Part shown: in pieces, positions 19,531 to 34,206 of the stretch | Layout: each line of letters begins with the position of its first letter | Position numbering within the stretch: the first letter of the stretch is position 1 | Source: the human T2T-CHM13v2.0 reference genome, Homo sapiens | Length of the DNA: 64,000 bases | Direction: 5' to 3' (one strand) | Assembly (NCBI RefSeq): GCF_009914755.1 | Contig: NC_060939.1 | Program-made: the position numbers and the translations under genes | Notes under the pieces: model-generated | What the model was told of the DNA's origin: nothing | What the model saw: only the letters and a program-made list of their open reading frames with translations | Databases searched by the model: none

Positions 19531-20096
19531 TCAATTGTAAGATACACCATTGATTTAATAGCAGCTTTTGAAGAAAAGAGTGGTTTACTAGTTTTTCTAA
19601 AAAATGGGTATGTTTAGGTTTTGTTTTGAGAAAGCAAAATTAGGCCAGGCGTGGTGTAATCCCAACACTTTAGGAGGCTGAAGGGGGAGGATCATTTGAG
19701 GCCAGGAGTTTGAGACCAGCCTGGGAAACATAGCAAGATCCCATTCTCTTTAGCCAAGTGAGGTAGTACATGCTTATAGTCCTAGCTACTCAGGAGGCTG
19801 AGGTGAGAGGATTGCTTCACCCAGGAGTTCAAGGCTGTAGTGAGCTATGATTGTGCCACTGCACTCCAGCCTGGGCGAAAGAGTGAAACCTTATCTCAAA
19901 ATAAATAAATAAATAAATAAATAAATAAATTTCAAAATAGGACTTCTTGAATGTGAGAAAAATCAAACAGAACCACTTGACTGAGAGAATGATATTAATA
20001 TGAAAAAAAACATGAGACAGACAAGAACCAAAAAAAATTTGACATCAGGATGATAAATATAGTCTTAGACATTACTTCGAAAATATATCTACCTAC

Positions 20097-20098
<2 letters not shown>

Positions 20099-20146
<48 letters not shown>
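20099..20146. repeat. (AC)24 microsatellite
   Basis: Direct read. Confidence 0.97.
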
Positions 20147-20148
<2 letters not shown>

Positions 20149-21471
20149 CTCAAGGGAAAGTGTATAGAAAAGCATGGCCAAAAGAGCATTGCATAGTAAT
20201 GAAAAATAATAGTGAATAGAGGGTGAATTTAGAAGCCTCTTGCTGTCTCTTGCTAAGGTTTATTTATTTGTCATGCAAGTGAGAAGGGGTTGCTTCCCCT
20301 AATGCTAGAGTAGTAATTCTCAAACTTCATCAAAGATCAGAATCACCAAGAGGTCTTGTGAAAACACACAGCTCCTGATTCTGTAGGTCTGCAGCAGGGC
20401 TCAAGAATTTTCATTTTTAACAAGTTCCTAGGTAATACTGACACTACCAACCCAAAAACCACACTTTGAGAACTAGAGTTAACAGATATCTGGCAAACTG
20501 GTGGGCTGGCAGGGCAGAAGTACTTCTGAGAAAAGTTCTAAGGAAAGAATGAGGCAGGCATAATACATGTGATTCAATGACAAAACTTTAACCATTGGCC
20601 ATAAGACTAGGGAAGTAGGGATTCTAAGTTGAAGATGCCATATATTTCTTAAATTCATTTCTGGTGCAACCTACCTGGAATCACATTTCAGTCTCACTTT
20701 TAAAAAGGACTACATAAAGGACTACATAAGTAAAACTGAGAGAACTGTTTCATTAATACTGTCGCACATTAGGGCTATAATAAGAGGGAAGAGAAAAATA
20801 TTTCCCTCCATTCACCATCATGTATTTTTAACATTACCAGGACAGATGGGCATCTGGTAAAACAGCATGGAGTAGAGGCAGCACCTGGTGGAATATCACA
20901 GGATTGGACTTGTTTCTAAACAGGTGTGGGACTCCCCATGGGGGCTCTCAGAAATAATTGAGTTGGGGATGTTCTTTGCAGGAGGCTGGAGTTTCTGCAA
21001 GCAATTGAAGGCCAGAGCCAGGGCAATTTGAGTTACATGGAAACCTTTGATTTTTAACTCAGAATTTTCTCACATATCTTGAAGAGAAGGTTAAAAGAGG
21101 AGGAGTAAATGTATATATACCCTGTACCTGTGCAATCTTCTGGTCTGAGCTAATTTTGATGCAGCTGACAATAAAGAACAATCAATTTATTTTCCATAGC
21201 ATCATCAACATAATAAAGCCAAGATGTTTGAACTATAGCTCTTGTAGGTTTATGCAGAATAAGATAAGGAAGCGATCATAGGCTGGGGAATAATTAGAAT
21301 GCTATTACACTCTAGTGGCAAGGAGATAAGGACTCGGGAGTGGCCCCAAAGAGAATGAAGGAAAGGGGTATACAATATCAGCAAGACTTTATCGATGAGA
21401 TAGTCAACAGTAAACTAGCGTAAAAATCAAAGATGGCACCAAATTTTCTGTCATTGTAGCTAAAAATGTTA

Positions 21472-21861
<390 letters not shown>

Positions 21862-23157
21862 TTAAGCCTGAGGTAATAATCAGCCTGTTATTTTAATTAG
21901 ACAAGCACTGTATAGCTTAAATCTCCATTGTTTCACACAAAAACTTTTTTCTTCATCTGAACTTTTATAACATTTACTGTTTGTGCTAGTCATTTAGTGT
22001 TCATTATAAAGTGAGTTTTATTCTCAGTGATCATTTCATGTGAACATACTTCTTAATTCCCCAAAGAACTTTGTACTCCCAAAGAATAAGTCCAATGTTT
22101 TACACTCATATCCCCCATATCTCTCTCCCTAGCACAATCACTAACTATATGTTCACTAAGTATACTTTTCTGAAGTGTATTGTTCAGATATCTTTTGAAA
22201 AATATAAAGGATATATTAAAAGTCATAATCAATATTCTAAAAGATGAAAGGTGAGGATGCCATTAAACAAAAACTAGAATAATTTATTGGAAATTAAATA
22301 TGTAAAGTAGAAGAAAAAGATGAAGAGTGTAAAATCAGAGAAAAGATAAGAATTATAAAATAAAACCAGATAATTTCACAGAACTGAAGGACATAAGTTT
22401 CTACACTGAATGTGATCACACAAGTAGCCAGCCCAATAAACAGAGCAAGACTCACACAAAGATATATCAGATACTGAAATGTCAGAACATCAAGAATAAG
22501 GGAAGATCAATAAACTTCAGAGAGAAGGAAGAGGTTATATACAAAGTTTCTGGAGTCACAGTAACATCAGACTTCTCTATAATTACCTGGAAGCTAGAAC
22601 ACAATTGAATAATTACTTTAAAATGAAGAAAAAGTATTTCCAACCTTCGATTTTATACCCAGCCAAACTATAAAATGTAAAAACCTACAAGATCTACAAA
22701 AATTTACTTCCCTTGCACTCTTCCTCGGGAAGCTAATTAAGAATACACTTGGGCTGGGCGCGGTGGCTAATGCCTGTAATCCCAGCACTTCGGGAAGCAA
22801 AGGTGAGTGGATCACAAGGTCAGGAGTCCAAGACCAGCCTGGCCAAGATGATGAAACTCCATCTCTACTAAAAATACAAAAATTAGCTGGACATGGTGGT
22901 GGGCGCTTATAATCCCAGCTACTTGGGAGGCTGAGGCAGAAAATTGTTTGAACCCAGGAAGCGGAGGTTGCAGTGAGCCGAGATCTCACCACTGCGCTCT
23001 AGCCTGGGCGACAGAGCTAGATTCCATATCAAAAAAAAAAAAAGGCCAGGTGTGGTGGCTCACGCCTGTAATCCCAGCACTTTGGGAGGCCAAGGCAGAC
23101 AGATCACAAGGTCATGAGATGGAGACCATCCTGGCCAACATGGTGAAACCCCATCTA

Positions 23158-23373
<216 letters not shown>

Positions 23374-25664
23374 TCATAGCACATACCTATATTCCCAGCA
23401 CTTTGGGAGGCCAAGGCAGGAGGATCACTTGAGGCCAGGAGTTTGAGATAAGGCTGCACAACATAGAACCTATGTTTACAAATAATTTTTTTTTTAAATG
23501 AGCCAGGTATGGTGGCATGTGCTTATAATCCTAGCTACTTGGGAGGCTGAGGCAGGAGGACCACATGAGCCCAGGAGTTTGAGGCTGCAATGAGCCACGA
23601 TCATGTCACTGTATTCCAGGCTGGGTGACAGAGGGAGACCCTATCTCTATTATAAAAAAAAAAAATGCATCGTTTTAGAAAAAGGAGATCCAAGAAACAA
23701 AGGAATCAACATAGAAGGGATTCCTCAAAAAGTGATCAAGAGAAATCCCAGGATGACACCTGTGTAGCAGGCTTATAAAAGAGAAGTCCGGAGCAGAGCA
23801 AGAGAAGTGAGTGTTCCAGGAAGGATGTACCCAGTATTAAAATGGACCTAAGGAATAACTTGGTATGATTGATCATACTGCTAACTCTGTGGCTAAGTTA
23901 GTGGGAAGAGAAGAATTAAGCAAATAAACAAAATAATGAGGCAACTGGGTTACTTTTGTTTTTTGTTTGTTCTTTTTTTTCTTTGAGGCAATTGTTAATT
24001 CCAAGACAGACAAAAAGTTTAACACAAAAATAAATCACAGTAAAATACCTGACTTAGTGGTGAATACTTACATAGCTCTAATGCTTTAATCTTTGAGTAT
24101 GTAATAAAAAATTGTTTAATAACTGGAAGATTGGAGCAATAGGAGGAAGAATGATATGAAAGGAAAGAACTAAATCCTCATCTTCCATGGGAATAAATCA
24201 ATAAACAATATATACAATTATTTTTTTCTGTCCAGTGAATGCAATACAGTGTTTTGGGTTTTTTTAGACGATCTTATTCTGTTACCCAGGCTGGAGTGGA
24301 GTGGTGCCATCGTAGCTCACTACAGCCTCGAACGCCTGGGCTCAAGTAATCCTCCCACCTTGGCCTCCCAAAGTGTTGGGATTACAGGCATGAGCCACAG
24401 CACTCAGCCTACAACTGTTAAATGTAGAAACCAGAGTGTAAACATGTTTCTCAGAAGCAAGGGTACAAAGAGCTAAAGAACAGCTATGAGGCTGGGTGTG
24501 GTGGTGAGCGCCTATAGTTTGTGCTACTCTGGAGGCTGAGTCAGTAGGATTGCTTGAGCCAAGTTAGAGGCTGTAGTGTGCCACAACAGCCACTGTGAAT
24601 AGCCACAGCACTCCAGTCTGGGCAACATAGTGAGACCGTGTCTCAAAAAAAAAAAAGAAACAGCTATGAGTTGAAAGAGACTGTGAGGCTGTTTATAAAG
24701 AACAGGACTCAAGGGTCTGGAAGGACAGAACAGGGAAGTGCGTCGTTTTTATATAAACTATTTAACTTTTAAGACTATTATATCTGAAACTTTGAAAAAT
24801 AATTTTTAAAATTTGGATAGCAGCCAGGTGCAGTGGCTCATGCCTATAATTACAGCATTTTGAGAGACCAAGTTGGGAGGATTGCTTGTACTCAGGAATT
24901 CAAGACCAGCCTGGGCAACATATGCTACAAAAATTTTAAAAACTAGCAGGGCATGGTGATATACACCTGTAGTCCCAGCTACTCAGGAGGCTGAGGCAGG
25001 AGGCTCACTTGAACCTGGGAGGTTGAGATTTCAGTGAGCCATGATTGCGCAACTGTGCTCCAGCCTGGTTGACAGAGTGAGACCCTGTCTTAAATAAATA
25101 AATTAATTTAATTAAATAAAATTTGGATGGTACTATTTAACTTAAAAACAGCAATCTTACCTCAGAGTTTACCTAAAGATACATATACGCAAAATAAGAA
25201 TAAAATATCAGTTTGTCTTCTGGTATTCTCCCTAGATGCCACTCCCCACCTCCCTTAAAAAATAACTATGTACCTTTTCATGAACTTAAATAACTACCTA
25301 TATTTTCACAGCTGTTTATCTAGGCTTAATTGTTGACAACAGCATGAAAAGAAAAACTGGTTCTGTTTGTTACAAAAAAAATATTAAATGATGCCATGTG
25401 AGCATTTGAAACGCATACCAATAAAAACTACCACAGCAAGTACAGGTTTATCCAAGTAAAGGTTTTGAAAAATGGTGAAGGGCCATTATTTGAGAAGTGT
25501 ATGCCATGATTTTTGGCTCTCCTATGGCTCACAGGCCTATAAATGATTCATTCATTTAATTTATTCATATAACACAGCTTTATACATTTCCTTTTTACAT
25601 TTGAGGTACTATGCTAAATTCTAAATTTCCTGAAATCTGTATTCCTTTTTTTTTTTTTTTTTGA

Positions 25665-25823
<159 letters not shown>

Positions 25824-26192
25824 TAGTAGGGACAGGGTTTCTCCATGTTGGTCAGGCTGGTCTTGAACTCCCGACTGCAGGTGATCTGCCTGCCTCAGCT
25901 TCCCAAAGTGCTGAGGTGACAGGCCGTGAGCCACTGCGCCCGGCCTTGAAATCTGTATTATTCTTATTTATATTTCATGGCCTAAAATACCGTAAAATGC
26001 TTAAACCAGCAGCATATATTTTAATCTATTAACATCTCCAATTCTTTTTTAGGCAGAAAATTCAAATTTAAGAACAGGATTTATTGTTTATGGATTGACA
26101 TGGAGATCAAAAGCACACACAACTCCTAAATTCAACATTCTGAAAAAGCTCTCCATTATCTTTTCTAATTTTCCTGTTGTCCAAGAGTAGGA

Positions 26193-27154
26193 TGTGGGTG
26201 GAGGATTACCTAGGTGCCGAGGCAAGAGACTGAAGGCACAAACTGTTTCAGTATAATAAAGAAAATAGTTAGAATAAGAATAGTCATAATACAAATTAGA
26301 TATAGAGATGATCATGGACAATTATCAATCATTATTATAAACATGATTAATCATTAGCTTTTAATATTACTCTTTGTTGCATTACTAATATAACCTAGGA
26401 ATAACCAGCGGGTATAGGGTCAGGTGCTGAAGGGACATTGTGAGAAGTGACCTAGAAGACAAGAGGTGAGCCTTCGGTCACGCCCGCGTAAGGGCCGCTT
26501 GAGGGCTCCTTGGTCAAGCGGTAACGCCAGTGTCTGGGAAGGCACCCGTTACTTAGCAGACCGTGAAAGGGAGTCTCCTTTCCTTGGAGGAGTCAGGGAA
26601 CACTGCTCCACCAGCTTCTTGTGGAAGGCTGGATATTATCCAGGCCTGCCTGCAGTCCTGGGGCCTAAATCCCTCCCTGTGGTGCTGTGCTTCAATGGTC
26701 ACGTTCCTTGTCCACTTTCATGCTCCTCCCATACTCCTGGTTCCTCTTTGAAGCTCGTAGTAGATAGCGGTAGAAGAAACAGTGAAAGTCTTAAAGTCTT
26801 TGATCTTTCTTGTAAGTGCAGAGAAGAAAATGCTGACGTATGCTGCCTTCTCTCTCTGCTTCAGCTACCTAAAAGAGAAGGCCCCCGCCATCCTGTAATC
26901 ACGTGACTTGCTTCATCTTGTCAATCACTTAAAAGATTCACCCTCCTTACCCTGCCCCCTTGTCTTGTATGCAATAAATATCAGCGAGCCCAGCCGTTCG
27001 GGGCCACTACCGGTCTCCGCATCTTTACGGTAGCGGTCCGCCGGGCCTAGCTGTTTTCTCTTTATCTCTCTGTCTTGTGTCTTTATTTATTACAATCTCT
27101 CGTCTCTGAACACGGGGAGAACACCCGCTAAGCCCCGTAAGGCTGGACCCTACA
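26193..27154 (+). mobile_element. Solo ERVK LTR, LTR13A-like (HERV-K13/HML-4)
   Basis: TG...CA termini, 962 bp. Starts TGTGGGTGGAGGATTACCTAGGTGCCGAGGCAAGAGACTGAAGGCAC as in the recalled LTR13A consensus. AATAAA 26973-26978. 6-bp TSD gtagga (26187-26192) / gttgga (27155-27160). Confidence 0.9.
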
Positions 27155-27185
27155 GTTGGACATATACCATAGTATCATGTCAATG

Positions 27186-28153
<968 letters not shown>

Positions 28154-28879
28154 TTAAAGGAATGAATGAAATACTACTTTGCAATCTTGTCTGCCTTCTC
28201 TAACCAACAGAGGTGCAAAAATATCACATTCTAATTATGTATCAGGTATTTATATGTCTGCGAAGGAAGACCTGTCTCGTTAATTTTTTATCCCCAACAG
28301 CCTAGAAAATGTTGAAAGAAAAAAGATGGGGGAAAAAGCCCTTTTCTGTAACAAGTTAGAATAGGACCCACATACATTTTGTTACTAACAAAACGTCCAG
28401 CTTGTCTTTCTTCTTTGAAAACTGCATGGCCTTAAGAGGAGTCCATTCTAATTAGGAAAAAAGTCACCTTTTCAGAAGCAGGCGCTTCCCACTCCATGCA
28501 AAGTGAAGCCAAGTTAGCAAAACCGCAAAGACTTGGCTAATTCAAATACAAGCTAATTTATTATTATTGGCGCAAATTAGCCACTTTCTTTTGCTACGCA
28601 TGTCAATGTCCACAATCATACCGACCCTTTCCTGTAGGGCGAATGTCTCACCAGTAGCTGGTGAGAAGCACAGCTCTTCTCAGCCAAAACCGACAGAGAC
28701 TGGAATTTGTGCAGTGCAGTAATCCAAAGCCGTCGAGTAGATATGCCTGCTTTAAAATCTGCATCTCGTAAGAAATGCCTTAATTTTCCATATTAGGAGC
28801 TGAGAAACCAAGTCCCCTGAGCCCTTCAGGGACAAGTTCTTTTCCAAATACTACAACCACCTCCAACCACCCAACAATG

Positions 28880-30130
28880 CCTCAGGCCGAGGGTGGGCCA
28901 CACGCGACCCAGCGCTAAAGGGTCACAGCCAAGCTGTCCGCCTCCTGCCTTCCCTTTAAAGAAGCCGCACACAAGGGAGCTGCCCGGGAGTTCAACTTCC
29001 GGCCACATAGTGAGAGGATGTTTTCCTACTGGAGCTGAGCCGCGGGGGCGCGCCCCCCGGCCGCGCCCTCCTAGCCACGCCCTCCACGCCCGGCCTTCCG
29101 AGAGCGAGCTCGGTCGGACGCACGGAAAGGGCTGGGCCACGTGGGCGGCTGCTGAGTGGTTCGCCTTCGCCTCTCAGCGCGCAGTCAGGCGGAGGCAAGC
29201 TCAGAGCGCACGGACAGAGCGGTAGCGCGCGCCCGCGCGCGTTCTTAGTACTCTCCCCGGTGACGTGCCTGACCGAGGCCGCGCCAGGGCGCTGTTGCTG
29301 CCAATACAGCTGTCATGGCGTCCAAGGCGCTGGCTGCGGAGAAGTGGCCGCGGTCTCCATAGAGCTGGGGGCGGGCGGCCCGGTATGGAGAGCAGCCCCG
29401 AGAGCCTGCAGCCGCTAGAACACGGGGTGGCGGCCGGGCCAGCGTCAGGGACAGGTTCTTCGCAGGAAGGGCTACAGGAGACCAGGCTCGCCGCTGGTGA
29501 TGGTCCTGGGGTATGGGCGGCGGAGACCAGCGGCGGGAATGGGCTGGGGGCGGCGGCCGCCAGGAGGAGCCTCCCGGACTCGGCTTCTCCCGCGGGCTCT
29601 CCTGAGGTTCCCGGACCCTGCAGCTCCTCCGCGGGTTTGGACTTGAAGGACAGTGGTTTGGAGAGTCCTGCTGCCGCCGAGGCGCCTCTGAGAGGGCAGT
29701 ACAAGGTGACCGCCTCCCCGGAGACAGCCGTGGCCGGAGTGGGTCATGAGTTGGGTACCGCCGGAGACGCGGGAGCCCGCCCGGATCTCGCCGGCACCTG
29801 CCAAGCAGAACTGACCGCCGCCGGCTCCGAAGAGCCCAGCAGCGCCGGCGGCCTCAGCAGCAGTTGCAGCGACCCGAGCCCTCCTGGGGAATCTCCGAGC
29901 CTGGACTCTCTGGAGTCGTTCTCTAACCTGCATTCTTTTCCCAGTAGCTGCGAGTTCAATAGTGAGGAGGGAGCGGAGAACAGGGTCCCTGAGGAGGAGG
30001 AGGGCGCGGCGGTGTTGCCCGGGGCTGTTCCTCTGTGCAAGGAGGAGGAGGGGGAGGAGACCGCTCAGGTGCTGGCGGCCTCCAAGGAACGCTTCCCGGG
30101 ACAATCTGTGTATCACATCAAGTGGATCCA
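28880..30130. promoter_or_regulatory. MINDY2 CpG island / promoter and exon 1
   Basis: CpG-dense. ETS-like ACTTCCGG 28995-29002, E-box CACGTG 29138-29143, CRE-like TGACGT 29261-29266, 14-bp GC palindrome 29044-29057. Confidence 0.88.
29315..29362 (+). promoter_or_regulatory. MINDY2 uORF (MASKALAAEKWPRSP*)
   Basis: gtcATGG strong context at 29315, TAG 29360-29362. Out of frame with the main ATG and ends 22 nt before it. Confidence 0.65.
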
Positions 30131-30224
30131 GTGGAAGGAAGAGAACACACCCATCATCACCCAGAATGAGAACGGACCCTGCCCCTTGCTGGCCATCCTC
30201 AATGTTTTGCTCCTGGCCTGGAAG
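29385..30224 (+). CDS. MINDY2: MINDY2 (FAM63B) K48-specific deubiquitinase, coding exon 1 (aa 1-280)
   Basis: MESSPESLQPLEHG start, then a long low-complexity N-terminus and the MINDY motif YHIKWIQWKEENTPIITQNENGPCPLLAILNVLLLAWK. Catalytic Cys266 codon at 30180-30182. 840 nt; donor AAG|gtacat. Confidence 0.97.
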
Positions 30225-32252
30225 GTACATTCTGCAGCTTTCTACTTCCTACAGCTTTTGGGGTGGAGGAAAACGGGGTGAGGGAGCTGCTGCATGTCAG
30301 GTGATGGCTTCCTTTCTTTCCTCATTCATCAGTCCCCTTCTTACATGAAATTCATTCCAAGACTTCCATGTTGAAGGAATATTCCTTTATACATATATCG
30401 AAAAGAATTGCCCCTAACCTCAGTCTTCTCTTGTAGTGTTTAAGAGTTCAACATTCAATTGTGGTTGATACACTTAGAAACAAGAAGGACTTAGAGCATC
30501 TTAAATCTTATGATTATTTTAAACTATAATTTCCTACATTTTCTTACTGACCTTATCACATATGCAAAAAAGTGAAGAATTGGAGAAAGTAATCTTCAGA
30601 AGTTACCATCAATCCGTGATATCATGGACTAAGTTTTCATGGTTATATTTAGTTTGATTTCCAACTAATGCCCCATTTGTGTGTAGATACTTAAGAGAAT
30701 GGTGATGGGGAAGATGTGGCTCTTTAGACAAATTCCATTTAAGGAAAAGCATTGGTCTGAGACCCAATTACCGTAACTTCTTGGTTTTCAAAGATTGTTT
30801 TCATTTTATGCATGATTTTTACTTGCCTCATTTCTTTGGCTCTCCTTAAATGGTTTGGCATTATTACCAGTAACCATGCATCCGAATGTGTTAAGGGAGC
30901 TAAAACTCTAAAGAACTAAAATAAGAAAAGGTATGTCTAAGGTGAAGGAGCAAAAAAGGGAAAGACCCTTAAAAATAGGTATGTTGAGGACTCAGAGCGA
31001 GTTACCTGTCAAATGAAGTGTCTCATTTAAGCTTGCAGTGTTAGGGTGCTGAGAAGATGCATCTCACAGCACCTATTTTATTTTCAAATTGATAATTATA
31101 TCTGTAGATGCAATGTTTCCTAGGAAAAAAAAACAAAACAAACTGGGTGTGGTGGTGTGCGCCTGTAATCCCAGCTACTCCGTAAGCTCAGCTACTCTGG
31201 AGGCTGACACAAGACAATCGCTTGAGCCCAGAAGTTTGAGACCAGCCTGGGCAATACAGTGAGACCCTATATTAAAAGAAAAAGAAAAATAACCTGGATT
31301 CTTCTAAACACTTAGGTAGAAAATCAAGTAAAGGGAATAGTGTTTATCAAACATGCCTTTATCTTCCTGTCGCTAGCAAGGACTGATAGAAAAGAAATAA
31401 AATTAGAAACCTTGCCATTGTCTGGTGCATAATGGCACTGAGATGTTTTAAGTGAAGACAGTACCTGCCCTTAAAAGGCTGTCAAGCTGTTTGAGGTGGC
31501 ATCATTAACTTACTGGAAACTGTTTAAGAACAAGAAATAGTAAGTTATATGAGACAAGTGGTAGGTAAACTGTGGTAAATCTGTGGAAATGCATTTGATA
31601 TTCAAAAAGGGGACATTTTCCTTTGGTATGGCGTAGTCCTAGAAAACTTCATGGGATTTATGGGTCTTGAACCAATCTTTTTTTTTTTCGTTTGTTTGTT
31701 TGTTTTAAAGACAAATTAGAGCAATTTAACAGATCTTTTAAGGAAGAGAATTTAGAATAACAGGGAAATGGAATTCCCAGGGGAGAGAAGAGTATAAACC
31801 AAAGGAATGAAAATAGAATGGATATTGTGTGTTTATATGTTTATTACATGACAGAAGTGGTAAGCTAATGTTGGAGAATAATGAAAAATAAGGTTGAAAA
31901 GGTGAACAAGAGCCATTTGATAAGGGCCCTCAACTAGGGAGTTAGTTAGACTTGCTCTAACGGGCCAGAGTCCCTAATCTTTTTTGTAGGAAGGAATAAC
32001 TATTATTTTCCTTTAGTCTTTTTTCTTATGTAGTACTGCAGAAATTCAGAGGAAAGGGCAAGTACTGTGGTGTGGAGTATTTGGGGATAGATGCATATTA
32101 AACTGACTCATTCAATTCAGACAGATTCAAGTGAATGATCAAGTGTTTGGGTTCCCACTGTGCGTGAGGTACTAGAAATGCAAAGATGAGGCCGGGCGCG
32201 GTGGCTCACGCCTGTATTCCCAGCATTTCGGGAGGCCGAGGCGGGTGGATCA

Positions 32253-32546
<294 letters not shown>

Positions 32547-33017
32547 CTATCTAGTGGGATGACAGACATATAAACAATAATTACAGTGCAATGTGAGAAG
32601 CTCTAATATGCTATGGAAGTGCAGAGAAAACCGTAATTGGGGAGGGGATTATCAAGGGAAGACTTCATAGAAGAGATAACCTGTGAACTAGATCCAAAGG
32701 ATGAGTGAGAGAAGACCTTCTGGGCAAAGAGAATAGTGTATTGAAAGATACTGAAGCAGAAAAGGGTTTCTTCTACTTGGAACCTTCAACCTTGGTTGAA
32801 GTGTGCAGCATAGGAGGTAAACGAAATGGTGGTAATAGCAGGACATAAAATTGATGGGTTTTATCAGACTGTGAATGAGCAAGCATGCTAATGAATTTGG
32901 AGATTATTTTGTAAATCTGTGGTTATCAGTGTTTTTTTTCTCCAGCCTGTTGATGCCCACAAAAACCAGTCATAAGTAATCATTGATGAAGAGATGGATA
33001 AGCGAAGCAAAGTAGAG

Positions 33018-33332
33018 CAGTATTCTCAAAGTGAGCCAGGGGTACTAGAAGTCAAAGCTATTTTTATGATAATACTAAGATGTTATTTGCCTTTTTCACT
33101 CTTACTCTCTTACAAGTGTCCGTGGAGTTTTTCAGGCTACATGATGTAATGACATCGCTCTGTCAGTTAATGCAATGTGTGCCTCTGTACTTTGTGTTTT
33201 AAATTTTTCTCAATTTTAATTTATAATAAGGTAGATATAGATAGATATCCACATAGATGAAAGTTATTGGGGGTCCTCAATCATTTTTAAGACTGTAAAG
33301 GGCTCTGGGAACAAAAAGTTTGAGAAATGCTT
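33018..33332. mobile_element. hAT-Charlie-like DNA transposon remnant
   Basis: cagtattctcaaagtg...aaaaagtttgagaaatgct termini; interior resembles Charlie1. Confidence 0.55.
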
Positions 33333-33726
33333 TAGTAGAGAAAAACAGTAAATGGGGTGTGAAGGTGGTTGTCAGATTTCAGAGGACCCATGGCTATAGG
33401 TGTTTAGACTTTATATATAGCTGATATTGGAGCTATTATAAATTGCTAGATAAAGAAATGACATGAAGAAAGTGGTCTTTTACTTTGATATTAGGCTAGA
33501 AGTAAGATTGTAGTGAGTGTAGCACGAAGAATTGATGCAGATAGCGCTTTGGTTAGAGAGTTCTTTGTCCCCCTCTTTGATGAGGATAATGTAGCGTTCC
33601 CAATGATGACTTCTCCCAATGATGACTATAAGAAGTGAAGACAGTAACAGCATTTTTCAAACCTGGGTAATAGAGATTGGCTGGATCTTTCCAAAGATAG
33701 GGAAGGTATGAAGGGAATTATTTTAG

Positions 33727-34206
<480 letters not shown>

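Noticed and set aside
26466-26906. 146-aa ORF inside the LTR
   Set aside because: GTG start inside a solo LTR; no gag/pol/env similarity and no internal proviral sequence (the TSD directly flanks the LTR).
29265-29384. 40-aa N-terminal extension of MINDY2 in the ORF track
   Set aside because: Starts at a GTG that is probably at or upstream of the TSS; the recognised protein starts at MESSPES (29385).
30225-30281. C-terminal VHSAAFYFLQLLGWRKTG of the 338-aa ORF
   Set aside because: Intron read-through past the AAG|gt donor; the real frame continues in exon 2.
29201-30348. Antisense (252, 167, 98 aa) and alternative-frame (128 aa) ORFs over MINDY2 exon 1
   Set aside because: Expected shadows of a GC-rich coding exon; no recognisable protein features.
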